Source of the DNA: Bacteroidota bacterium
GTDB lineage: Bacteria; Bacteroidota; Bacteroidia; JABEUT01
Direction of reading: 5' to 3'
Length of the DNA stretch: 64,000 nt
NCBI GenBank assembly: GCA_013285805.1
Contig: JABDGY010000003.1
Location: 4,267 to 68,266, forward strand
A model generated the notes under the pieces. That model saw nothing but the letters and a program-made list of their open reading frames with translations, had not been told where the DNA came from and made no database searches. Each line of letters starts with the position of its first letter. The stretch's first letter is position 1. This document shows, in pieces, positions 1-7,220 of the stretch. The translations under genes were made by a program, and so were the position numbers.

Positions 1-157
1 CGCCATTATTAACAGGGAAGTTGATGAAGGTAATTACAGCTGCCACCAGTGCGAGCAATGAAGTTGCCACAGCAAACTTCTTACCATGCTTGCGCGGAAT
101 AAAGAGCGCCGCAAGAGCCGATATAAAAGGTATTAGAAGTATTACCGCAGTCTGCAT
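1..157 (-). CDS. nuoM: NADH-quinone oxidoreductase subunit M, N-terminal fragment (continues beyond window start)
   Basis: ATG at 155-157 (minus) lies a few nt after the nuoL stop. Reverse translation MQTAVILLIPFISALAALFIPRKHGKKFAVATSLLALVAAVITF is a TM-helix start. Identity is inferred from the conserved nuoL-nuoM order. Confidence 0.55.
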   Translation of the reverse strand, partial: MQTAVILLIPFISALAALFIPRKHGKKFAVATSLLALVAAVITFINFPVNNG

Positions 158-160
158 AAA

Positions 161-2047
161 TTACATCATCTTAAAAAATAACATAAGCACTATACCCACC
201 ACCATTGCAAAAAGATAAAAGTCGACATTGCCGGTTTGCAACTGGCGTAGCCACCCACCTATCCATTCTACTAAGGCGCCAATCTTGTTCACTATGTTAT
301 CAATAAACTTGCTTTCAACAATAGATTCAAGGAAGCCAGAAATTTTGTCAAGCGGCTTGGTTATAATAGCGCTGTAAATTTCATCGACATAATATTTGTG
401 ATACAACGTATTTTGCAACGCAGGAAGTTTGGTGCCTTCAGCAGCGGGAACTTCTTTATTCTGAATGTATTTCTTGTACGCATACCAAATAGACACAGCA
501 GCAAGCGCCACAGTAATTACCATAAGCACAATTTCAGGAGCCTCGGAACCACCTGCCAATGAAGGCTGGCTTTCTGCATTCTTGAAAACAGGTTCAAGGA
601 ATTTCTCAATAGCATTTCCTCCGCCCAGTGATTTAGGAATTCCGATAAACCCGCCAATGGTTGACAGTACTGCCAATATCATTAACGGTATAGTCATCAC
701 CTTGGGAGATTCGTGAGCGTGTATGCTATGGTCGCCCCTGAATTCGCCAAAGAAAACAAGGAACAGGAGGCGGAACATGTAGAAGGCCGTCATCATGGCT
801 GTAACTACACCGATTACCCAATAGACAGGGCTGGCAGAATAAGCTGCGCCGAGAATTTCGTCTTTAGAGAAGAAGCCCGAGAAAGGCGGAACACCTGCAA
901 TGGCTAATGTCGCAAGTAGGAAGGTCATATAGGTAACCGGCATTGATTTTTTCAGGCCACCCATTTTACGGATGTCCTGTTCGCCGCTAAGGCCGTGTAT
1001 TACACTACCTGCAGCTAAGAATAAAAGAGCTTTGAAGAAAGCGTGTGTCATTACGTGGAACACTGAAGCAGAGAATGCCCCAACTCCCAATCCCAAGAAC
1101 ATATAACCCAACTGGCTAACGGTAGAATAGGCCAATACTTTTTTAATATCGTTTTGTGTAAGCGCTATGGTTGCGGCAAATAGTGCAGTTATTAAACCCG
1201 TAATAGCAACAACGGTCATAGAAACAGGAGACAATGCATACAGCACACCCGAACGGGCCACCATATAAATACCGGCGGTAACCATAGTTGCAGCGTGAAT
1301 GAGTGCTGATACAGGAGTCGGGCCGGCCATGGCATCGGGCAGCCAGGTATAAAGAGGTATCTGTGCGCTTTTACCCATTGCACCAACAAATAGTAACAAT
1401 GTAATTGCAGTCAGCACACCGCTGGTTGAATCAAATCCGTTTACGCCTGCAAACACTTTTAAATAATCAGTTGTGCCAAAAGTTTTAAAAATTAAAATCA
1501 TACCAATAAGGAAACCAAGGTCGCCGATACGGTTCATGATAAACGCTTTTTTAGCAGCGTCGTTGTAGGCTTTGTTTTTGAACCAGAAACCGATGAGGAG
1601 ATAGGAACAAAGTCCTACACCTTCCCAACCTACAAACATGAGTATGTAGCTCGAGCCCATAACGAGCATAAGCATGAAGAATACAAAGAGATTTAAGTAT
1701 GAGAAGTATATATTGTGATTCTCGTCGTCGTGCATATAGCCAACAGAATACACATGTATAAGAAAACCTACACCGGTAATGATTAACAGGAAAATTGATG
1801 AAAGCGGGTCGAGTAAGAATGCGAAATTAGCAGAGAAACTGCCTGCGCTTATCCATGGCGCAACCATTATTTCAACCGGCTGGCCATTCATATTCATGAA
1901 TATACCCAGCGCTATGCAGAACGATGCCAGCAATGCACCGCAACCAATAATACCTGCCACACTTTTCGACAGCCTTTTATTAAGCAGGCCGAGGATTAAA
2001 AAGCCAACAAGCGGAAATAAGGGTATTAGGTATGCTATCTGAGTCAT
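161..2047 (-). CDS. nuoL: NADH-quinone oxidoreductase subunit L
   Basis: 628-aa polytopic ORF with antiporter-like ND5/NuoL blocks (WEGVGLCSYLLIGFW, SALIHAATMVTAGIY). Its start overlaps the nuoK stop by 1 nt. Confidence 0.92.
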   Translation of the reverse strand: MTQIAYLIPLFPLVGFLILGLLNKRLSKSVAGIIGCGALLASFCIALGIFMNMNGQPVEIMVAPWISAGSFSANFAFLLDPLSSIFLLIITGVGFLIHVYSVGYMHDDENHNIYFSYLNLFVFFMLMLVMGSSYILMFVGWEGVGLCSYLLIGFWFKNKAYNDAAKKAFIMNRIGDLGFLIGMILIFKTFGTTDYLKVFAGVNGFDSTSGVLTAITLLLFVGAMGKSAQIPLYTWLPDAMAGPTPVSALIHAATMVTAGIYMVARSGVLYALSPVSMTVVAITGLITALFAATIALTQNDIKKVLAYSTVSQLGYMFLGLGVGAFSASVFHVMTHAFFKALLFLAAGSVIHGLSGEQDIRKMGGLKKSMPVTYMTFLLATLAIAGVPPFSGFFSKDEILGAAYSASPVYWVIGVVTAMMTAFYMFRLLFLVFFGEFRGDHSIHAHESPKVMTIPLMILAVLSTIGGFIGIPKSLGGGNAIEKFLEPVFKNAESQPSLAGGSEAPEIVLMVITVALAAVSIWYAYKKYIQNKEVPAAEGTKLPALQNTLYHKYYVDEIYSAIITKPLDKISGFLESIVESKFIDNIVNKIGALVEWIGGWLRQLQTGNVDFYLFAMVVGIVLMLFFKMM

Positions 2048-2367
2048 TATCCTTTAAGCTTGTTTAACACATCAATATCTGTCGACTTGCTGTTGCGGTA
2101 CATAACTACCAATATGGCAAGGCCAACAGCTACTTCAGCCGCGGCAACCGCCATAGTAAAAAATACAAACACCTGTCCTGACGCGTCACCCCATTTTGCA
2201 GCAAAAGCCACCAGTAAAAGGTTTACGGCATTAAGCATAAGTTCAACCGACATGAATATGATGATGGCATTGCGGCGGAAAAGCACACCCATAACGCCAA
2301 TAGAGAACAAAATACTGCTGAGTATTATGAACCAGTTTAACGGAATTCCTCTTACTACCTCGCTCAC
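2047..2367 (-). CDS. nuoK: NADH-quinone oxidoreductase subunit K
   Basis: 106 aa with 3 TM helices and the ND4L/NuoK-like block MSVELMLNAVNLLLVAF. It sits in the expected operon position. Confidence 0.9.
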   Translation of the reverse strand: MSEVVRGIPLNWFIILSSILFSIGVMGVLFRRNAIIIFMSVELMLNAVNLLLVAFAAKWGDASGQVFVFFTMAVAAAEVAVGLAILVVMYRNSKSTDIDVLNKLKG

Positions 2368-2378
2368 TTTTTAATTAT

Positions 2379-2804
2379 TTAGACCGCAGATGACGCAGAT
2401 TGTTTATGATTAAATATGATTTTTTCATTTGCAAATACCTTTCTTTTTAATTCAGGTTCTTTACCGAAATTTAAAAGCAATCCCACTTCAATATCTGTAG
2501 CTTTTAAATAGTTTATCAACTGATATTCGTGTTCTTCACATAACGATTCGGCAGCTTTAAGTTCAATAATAACACAATTATTTACTACTAAGTCAGCATA
2601 ATATTCCCCCACCTCTTTATCCATGTATTTTACCCGAATCGGTTTTTGCTTTTCCACTATCAAACCCATTGAACTTAATTCAGTATACATCGCATTTTCA
2701 TAAACCTTCTCCAGGAATCCAAAACCAAGCGTATTATAAACCCTATAATAAGCTTTTATGATTTTTTCTGTTAAATCACTATGTTTATAATTATCTGTGG
2801 ACAT
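2379..2804 (-). CDS. GxxExxY family protein (PD-(D/E)xK nuclease fold), inserted between nuoJ and nuoK
   Basis: 141 aa. The signature GFGFLEKVY matches G-x-x-E-x-x-Y. ADLVVNNCVIIELKA supplies a D...ExK nuclease-type core. It has no relation to complex I subunits. Confidence 0.85.
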   Translation of the reverse strand: MSTDNYKHSDLTEKIIKAYYRVYNTLGFGFLEKVYENAMYTELSSMGLIVEKQKPIRVKYMDKEVGEYYADLVVNNCVIIELKAAESLCEEHEYQLINYLKATDIEVGLLLNFGKEPELKRKVFANEKIIFNHKQSASSAV

Positions 2805-2836
2805 CCTATTGAATCTGCGTTATCAGCGTTCCATTA
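2385..2836. mobile_element. Candidate insertion cassette: GxxExxY gene bounded by imperfect 17-bp inverted repeats
   Basis: CGCAGATGACGCAGATT (2385-2401) matches the reverse complement of AATCTGCGTTATCAGCG (2812-2828) at 15/17 by hand count. The right-end 25-mer recurs without a gene at 9168-9192. Confidence 0.35.
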
Positions 2837-3349
2837 TTATTTAATATCCTTTTTACCAAGCATTACCGCACCAACCATTGCTGCCAAAAACAATATCGAT
2901 GATATTTCAAAGGGCAGCAGGAAGTCGTGAAATAATACAAAACCCAAGTTGCTTATAAGGCCTTTTTGGCCCTGGTAAGGTGTCGCTATGGCAGTGGTAT
3001 CGGCCATTTTAAGCGAGCCCACCAACACTATAAGCATAAGGCCGCCCGTAACTACAGCGGCAAATTTCAGGTAAGGATTTTTGTGTGGTTCAGTTTCTTT
3101 ATTCAGGTTAAGCAACATAATTACAAACAGGAAAAGCACCATAATGGCGCCTGCGTAAACAATTACATTTACAATAGCGATGAACTGGGCATTAAGCAGA
3201 ATGTATTCGCCGGCTATAGAGAAAAACGTGAGGACAAGATAAAGTACGCTGTGAATAGGATTTTTAGTAAACACCACCATTAAAGCCGACAGCACACCGA
3301 AGAAACCAAGAATAAGGAACAAATATCTCTGTAAATAATCCTGGGTCAT
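2837..3349 (-). CDS. nuoJ: NADH-quinone oxidoreductase subunit J
   Basis: 170-aa TM protein of ND6/NuoJ size, located between nuoI and nuoK. Its start overlaps the nuoI stop. Confidence 0.85.
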   Translation of the reverse strand: MTQDYLQRYLFLILGFFGVLSALMVVFTKNPIHSVLYLVLTFFSIAGEYILLNAQFIAIVNVIVYAGAIMVLFLFVIMLLNLNKETEPHKNPYLKFAAVVTGGLMLIVLVGSLKMADTTAIATPYQGQKGLISNLGFVLFHDFLLPFEISSILFLAAMVGAVMLGKKDIK

Positions 3350-3945
3350 TACTTCAATTGTTTGTTATAAACCTGGTTGTGGGCATACTCCCCATGTTTC
3401 TTAAATTCAAGCACGGCGGCGGTCTGGCGATTGCTTACATCAATGCGTTTATCTTTATCCATAGGCTCAACCAGCTTGTCTTTGCCATATATAAAACCAT
3501 CGCGCACATAATCGGTAGATACCAGCCTGTCGGTAAGAAAAATTGCTTCTTTAGGGCAGGCTTCTTCGCACAGGCCGCAGAAAATGCAGCGCAACATATT
3601 TATTTCGTAAACCGTAGCATATTTCTCTTCCCTGTAAAGCCCTTCTTCACCTTTTTTGCGTTCACCCGATGTCATGGTAATGGCTTCAGCCGGGCAGGCT
3701 ACAGCACAAAGGCCGCAGGCGGTACAGCGTTCAGCGCCGTTTTCATCGCGCTTTAAAACGTGGTGTCCACGGTACACAGGCGCAAATTCACGGGTTTGTT
3801 CAGGATATTGTATGGTAACTTTCTTTTTGAAGAAGTGCTTTAAAGTAATGCGAAGGCCACCGAGTATGGCAGGCAAATAGATGCGCTCTTTGAACGTCAT
3901 CTTTTTATTTACCGCTACTTTACTCCTTGTTGTTAACGCTTGCAT
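3349..3945 (-). CDS. nuoI: NADH-quinone oxidoreductase subunit I (2x[4Fe-4S] ferredoxin)
   Basis: Two CxxCxxCxxxCP motifs are present: CTACGLCAVACP and CIFCGLCEEACP. Confidence 0.92.
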   Translation of the reverse strand: MQALTTRSKVAVNKKMTFKERIYLPAILGGLRITLKHFFKKKVTIQYPEQTREFAPVYRGHHVLKRDENGAERCTACGLCAVACPAEAITMTSGERKKGEEGLYREEKYATVYEINMLRCIFCGLCEEACPKEAIFLTDRLVSTDYVRDGFIYGKDKLVEPMDKDKRIDVSNRQTAAVLEFKKHGEYAHNQVYNKQLK

Positions 3946-3964
3946 TTTACTTCTACTATTTGGC

Positions 3965-5002
3965 TTAATGTATCCTTCCGAAAATCCACATTAAAGCCCC
4001 TGTTAAACCTACATTAAGTATGGACAAAGGTATTAAAACTTTCCAGCCTAAATTCATCAGTTGGTCGTAGCGGAAACGAGGCAGTGTCCAGCGTACCCAC
4101 ATAAAGAAAAATATGAAGAAAGATATTTTGGCAAATAGGAAAACAACACCCAGAATGGCAACCAGGTTAGGCGATAACCCTAAGTGCCCTATACCCGGAA
4201 TATTGTACCCGCCAAAGTAAAGGGTAGATATTACAGCCGATGAAATGAACATGTTAATGTATTCGGCAAAGAGGTAGAAACCCAGCTTCATACTGCTATA
4301 TTCAGTATGGTAACCGCCAATAAGTTCCGAATCGCTTTCAGGCAAATCGAAGGGGGTGCGGTTGGTTTCGGCAAAGGCGCAGATTAAAAAGATAAGGAAG
4401 CCCAATGGCTGGTAAATAATGTTCCAGTGCCAGCCGCTTTGCATGGCCGATATATCCCTGAGGCTCAGTGTGCCGGTATGCATTACCAGGGCTATAATGG
4501 CAAGGCCCATGGCAATTTCGTAGCTGATCATTTGCGATGAAGCGCGCAATGCGCCCATCAGCGAGTATTTGTTGTTCGATGCCCAGCCGCCTATCATTAT
4601 ACCATATACACCTATTGATGTAACAGCCATAATATAGAGTATGCCAATGTTAATGTCGGTTACCTGTAAGGGGTAAGCAGTGCCGCCAATCATCAGCGAT
4701 TTACCCCAGGGAATTACCGCGCCCGTAATGCAGGCAGTGAACATAGCCACGCTGGGGCCGAGTATGAATAAGAACTTGTTCGATAAGTTAGGAATAATTT
4801 CTTCCTTCATGAACATTTTTAAGCCGTCGGCTAAAGGTTGTAATAAACCAAAAGGTCCTGCACGGTTGGGGCCAATCCTGTCCTGCATAAAGGCTGCTAC
4901 CTTACGCTCTGCATAAGTGCTGTACATAGCTATTACCAACGAAATAAGAAACACTATTACTACCAGTATTACCTTATATAATATGAAGCCGCCGGTAATC
5001 AT
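3965..5002 (-). CDS. nuoH: NADH-quinone oxidoreductase subunit H
   Basis: 345 aa. It carries the ND1/NuoH hallmarks AERKVAAFMQDRIGPNR and GLLQPLADGLK. Confidence 0.95.
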   Translation of the reverse strand: MITGGFILYKVILVVIVFLISLVIAMYSTYAERKVAAFMQDRIGPNRAGPFGLLQPLADGLKMFMKEEIIPNLSNKFLFILGPSVAMFTACITGAVIPWGKSLMIGGTAYPLQVTDINIGILYIMAVTSIGVYGIMIGGWASNNKYSLMGALRASSQMISYEIAMGLAIIALVMHTGTLSLRDISAMQSGWHWNIIYQPLGFLIFLICAFAETNRTPFDLPESDSELIGGYHTEYSSMKLGFYLFAEYINMFISSAVISTLYFGGYNIPGIGHLGLSPNLVAILGVVFLFAKISFFIFFFMWVRWTLPRFRYDQLMNLGWKVLIPLSILNVGLTGALMWIFGRIH

Positions 5003-5012
5003 CGCACAATAT

Positions 5013-5105
5013 TGAATATTGAATACCGAATACTGAATGTCGAAATAAACAGCCGTTTATTCCCGCAAACTTCATTATTCATCATTCCTTGTTCGTTATT
5101 CATTA
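5013..5105. repeat. Two opposed heptanucleotide-periodic arrays filling the nuoG-nuoH spacer
   Basis: 5013-5047 reads TGAATAT TGAATAC CGAATAC TGAATGT CGAAATA. 5071-5105 reads TTCATTA TTCATCA TTCCTTG TTCGTTA TTCATTA. The arms are imperfect reverse complements, about 23/32 by hand. Confidence 0.7.
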
Positions 5106-6116
5106 TTTCGTCTTTGGTGGAGGTAACATGTTTTTATCCTTAGCGGGCGGGGTTACCGCGTTTAACTGTTCCAGGTGGTGGTGGCCCATCTTCAGTTCTT
5201 TTCCGTTTTCGTAATGGTTGGCCGATATTACCGAATGATGCGCAATATGGGTTGGTTTTTCAATTACCCAGTCTTCTTTTTTCTTTTTATCGAAGCGGCA
5301 CTCATTACATATAAAGTTCTCTACCTCATTATTCTTGTCGAAACGGGCCGATACCTTAATTATTTCTTCGCCTTTCATCCACAGGGTTACCTTGCCGCAG
5401 CATTTTTTGCAGTCGCGGTGGGCATCCATAGGCTTGGTGTACCATATACGGCTGCGGAAACGGGCCGTGCGGTCAGTCAGGGCACCAACGGGACATACAT
5501 CTATAACGTTACCCGAGAAATCCTTATCCATTACATTTGAAATGTAGGTGCTTATTTCAGCCACATCGCCACGGTTCATAACGCCATGCACACGCTGGTC
5601 GGTCAGCTGTTCGGCCACACGCACACAACGGTAGCAGAGTATGCAGCGGGTCATGTGCAGCTTTATCTTATCGCCAATATCAATCATTTCGAAAGTACGG
5701 CGCTTAAACTCGTAACGTGTTTTTTCAAGGCCATGCTCATAGCCCAGGTCCTGTAACTTACATTCCCCAGCCTGGTCACATATCGGGCAATCAAGCGGGT
5801 GGTTAATAAGCAGGAACTCAACCACTCCCTTGCGTGCTTCAAGCACATCGGGCGAGGTTATGTTTTGCACCACCATGCCGTCTTGCACTGTGGTTGAGCA
5901 ACTTACCATTAGCTTGGGCATAGGGCGGGGATCCTTGGCAGAGCCCTGCACCACCTTTACCAGGCATGTGCGGCAATAGCCGCCTGTATGTTTTAGCTTG
6001 CTGTAGTAACACATGGCAGGGGGAACTATTTTCCCGCCTATCATACGCGCGGCATTCAGTATAGTAGTGCCGTCCGGTACTTCTATCTCTATGCCGTCGA
6101 TGGTTACTTTTGCCAT
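5103..6116 (-). CDS. nuoG: NADH-quinone oxidoreductase subunit G, short (Fe-S domain only) form
   Basis: 337 aa. It has an N-terminal 2Fe-2S cysteine cluster (CYYSKLKHTGGYCRTC), the block HPLDCPICDQAGECKLQD, and CILCYRCVRV. Confidence 0.85.
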   Translation of the reverse strand: MAKVTIDGIEIEVPDGTTILNAARMIGGKIVPPAMCYYSKLKHTGGYCRTCLVKVVQGSAKDPRPMPKLMVSCSTTVQDGMVVQNITSPDVLEARKGVVEFLLINHPLDCPICDQAGECKLQDLGYEHGLEKTRYEFKRRTFEMIDIGDKIKLHMTRCILCYRCVRVAEQLTDQRVHGVMNRGDVAEISTYISNVMDKDFSGNVIDVCPVGALTDRTARFRSRIWYTKPMDAHRDCKKCCGKVTLWMKGEEIIKVSARFDKNNEVENFICNECRFDKKKKEDWVIEKPTHIAHHSVISANHYENGKELKMGHHHLEQLNAVTPPAKDKNMLPPPKTK

Positions 6117-6134
6117 ATACTTGGGTTAACGGCG

Positions 6135-6142
6135 CAAATATA
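6135..6142 (-). promoter_or_regulatory. Candidate Bacteroidota -7 box (TATATTTG) for nuoG
   Basis: CAAATATA on the plus strand reads TAnnTTTG on the minus strand. It lies 18 nt before the nuoG ATG. Confidence 0.4.
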
Positions 6143-6152
6143 AATAAATATA

Positions 6153-6228
6153 GAATTGAGATATGGGTATTAGGAATTAAGTGGAAAAACTTATGAAATC
6201 GGAAATCGTTAATCCTTGTTCGTTATTC
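6153..6228. repeat. Heptanucleotide-periodic arrays
   Basis: 6153-6187 reads GAATTGA GATATGG GTATTAG GAATTAA GTGGAAA. 6194-6228 reads TGAAATC GGAAATC GTTAATC CTTGTTC GTTATTC. TCCTTGTTCGTTATTC is shared with 5085-5100. Confidence 0.6.
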
Positions 6229-6415
6229 TTTTTTGCCCCTCTATCCCGATGGCTATCGGGACTCTCCTTAAAGGGCGACTTGAATATTTTTGAAATGGGA
6301 GAACGTTTTTTTTGTTAGGTTTGCAAATGAAGGAAGGAGCTGTATGAAGCCCCTTCCCACTAATACAAACTCTAATGTGATTTGTACTAGTTATCCGCCG
6401 CGAACGGAGTATTTT

Positions 6416-6447
6416 AAAGCCTTGCCAAAGCAAGGCTTTCTTATTTT
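6416..6447 (+). terminator. Orphan intrinsic-terminator-like hairpin on the plus strand
   Basis: AAAGCCTTGC-caaa-GCAAGGCTTT forms a perfect 10-bp stem, followed by CTTATTTTC. There is no plus-strand gene upstream of it. Confidence 0.4.
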
Positions 6448-6748
6448 CACGAAACCTCAACAAAAGTAGAATAGGAGTTAGAAATAAAAAAATTATTATG
6501 CTCTTGTTTTTCTAGAAAAAAACTATATATATAACGCCTGAATCTACGAATCCCTTGCCAGGATAGTATTGTAAAGTAAAGCAATATTTAACACAATACT
6601 AATAACGTAACAAGTACAGAGGGAAAAAACTTCTTTCTTCGGTTAGTTTTTATTAACTGAAGTATGGTATCTAAATAAAGACTTACCTACCCGAAAGGCA
6701 ACCTTTCTGTAGAATCGTGCTTTATGTTTTAAGTAATCGTTTATGATA

Positions 6749-6982
6749 TTATTTATACTGGCTTAAAATAGTATTGTATTGGTTGATATCGATATAGTTT
6801 TTGTTCAGCTCCTTATTTGGTGTATATGTGTTCTTAGCCACTAAATCAAAACCCGCATCTTTATCTTTATCAATCCTGTTATATATGAATATTACTACTC
6901 CTGCACCAGCAATAAAGGTTGATATGGCTATAGTTATAAGATAAAAAAAAGGGTTTGCTTCGATTTTCTGTTTTATACCCAT
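6749..6982 (-). CDS. Small single-pass membrane protein, uncharacterised
   Basis: 77-aa ORF with one TM helix (FFYLITIAISTFIAGAGVVIFIY). It is preceded by the same upstream module as the neighbouring 397-aa gene. Confidence 0.45.
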   Translation of the reverse strand: MGIKQKIEANPFFYLITIAISTFIAGAGVVIFIYNRIDKDKDAGFDLVAKNTYTPNKELNKNYIDINQYNTILSQYK

Positions 6983-7036
6983 TTCGTGGTATTTATGATA
7001 TTAACTACTAGTGAGCCTTTGACATTGTTAGTGTAT

Positions 7037-7126
7037 CGACGAATTTGTTTGGCATAAAATAGAAACAATTTTTACTCGCCCGACAAATCACGTCCTGAGA
7101 TGCAGTTTTTTCGTACTCAAATGCAA
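7037..7126 (-). promoter_or_regulatory. Shared upstream module, copy A (before the 77-aa gene)
   Basis: It aligns colinearly, with no gaps over 90 nt, to 8451-8540. The distal 50 nt match 38/50 by hand. It contains CGTCCTGAGATGCAG and CGTACTCAAATGCAA spaced 21 bp apart, and CGAC(A/G)AA boxes 44 bp apart. Confidence 0.5.
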
Positions 7127-7220
7127 TTTTTCTTTAAAACGACGAAAAAAGATGAAAATGTATTCACGAACTCTCCTAAAAATTGTGATTGTGAGTAAAT
7201 GCAATTTTGCCTGAAAATAC

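Noticed and set aside
21-218. 65-aa plus-strand ORF at the window start
   Set aside because: It lies antisense to the nuoM N-terminus and the nuoL C-terminus, which have clear family features. It is a shadow ORF.
6118-6142. TACTTGGGTTAACGGCGCAAATA next to the nuoG start resembling joined ends (TTGGGCGTT / TAACGCAA) of the dispersed repeat family
   Set aside because: The similarity is short and gapped, and it overlaps a plausible -7 promoter box. It is too weak to call an empty site or a minimal copy.
6209-6463. 84-aa minus-strand ORF upstream of nuoG
   Set aside because: Its sequence is a concatenation of dispersed repeat fragments: heptamer arrays, the TCCCGAT-ggct-ATCGGGA hairpin and the GCCTTGC-caaa-GCAAGGC hairpin. 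It has no plausible start context, so it reads as non-coding.
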